In this document: positions 63,428 through 64,000 of the stretch, piece by piece | Layout of the letters: each line of letters begins with the position of its first letter | How positions within the stretch are numbered: position 1 is the first letter of the stretch | NCBI GenBank assembly: GCA_023231475.1 | Contig: JALJEE010001281.1 | Span: forward strand, 1 to 64,000 | DNA: 64,000 nucleotides | Reading direction: 5' to 3' | From: Seison nebaliae | Lineage: Eukaryota | Made by a program: the position numbers and the translations under genes | Notes under the pieces: model-generated | Databases searched by the model: none | What the model saw: only the letters and a program-made list of their open reading frames with translations | What the model was told of the DNA's origin: nothing

Positions 63428-64000
63428 TTAATCATTCGATTTATATTTTTGAAAACGTCGATATCGATCCGCGTTAATTCCATAAGCCGATAATCGATCA
63501 TCCGTAATTTTTAATCGATTTTTCGAATTTGATTTGAAATTTTTCTCTTTTTTCTTCTTTTCTTTTTTTCTCGAATTATCCTCATTCATCTTTATTCCAT
63601 TTTCTTCTTCCATTCTACTTCTTTTTAATAAAATCTTTTCATCTTCTTCTTTCTCATCATCATCATCATCAACAACAACTTTCTTCTCCATCTCTTCATC
63701 ATTCACTTCCGATGATTCAACTTTCTTCTTATGATGTCGTTTTCTCTTCTTTTTCTTCTTCTTTTCGCTTGTCGTTTCAGATTCTTCTGCTATAATTCTG
63801 AGAAAAAAAATTTTTTAACAAAATTAGAAAAAAGTTTTAAGAAATTGAATACCAAAAAATATTTTGAGGAAAAAGTTTTGAGAAAGAAATTTGAAATAAC
63901 TTTTCGGCAATTTTAGTTTCAATTTCTTCCTCTTTATTTTCATTTTCTGCCTTATTTCCATTCTCTTCTTCTTCTTCTTCTTCAACGAATAGTGATGGAA
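63428..64000 (-). CDS. 3' part of a K/E-rich, probably nuclear or nucleolar protein; gene runs off the window end
   Basis: Intron 63798-63900 (GTTATT...CTCAG) joins an acidic exon to KKKKKRKRHHKKK...KITDDRLSAYGINADRYRRFQKYKSND*. Confidence 0.7.

Noticed and set aside
1..64000. Alternative genetic code, readthrough or frameshifting to explain fragmented ORFs
   Set aside because: Every break is resolved by a GT...AG intron giving in-frame, homolog-sized proteins under the standard code; TAA, TAG and TGA all end genes.

Overview
AT-rich, gene-dense genomic DNA from a compact-genome invertebrate animal (possibly a rotifer-group/syndermatan species; this is an unverified impression). The first ~2.3 kb is transposon debris: a 328-bp foldback palindrome, two oppositely oriented CACTA/EnSpm-type transposase fragments and a Tc1/mariner remnant. 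Then follow about 14 protein-coding genes reconstructed by hand across introns: an unknown TM protein, an EAAT/SLC1 glutamate transporter, intersectin (EH-CC-5xSH3-DH-PH-C2), an RGM-N-domain-only protein, SRP72, a low-complexity protein, an LRR protein, a coiled-coil protein, melanotransferrin, BAP31, a 50-aa membrane smORF, a large ELKS/ERC/Bruchpilot-like gene, a NHERF-like PDZ protein, laminin beta, and a partial K/E-rich gene. The most striking signal is the splicing code. Of 58 introns reconstructed from reading-frame continuity and protein homology, 56 begin GTT, one GTC, one GTG and none GTA. The commonest donor is GTTAGT, which suggests altered 5' splice-site recognition (for example a variant U1 snRNA). 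Other highlights are three near-identical 16-bp RFX X-boxes, an intersectin short/long switch, and a possible operon-like gene junction.
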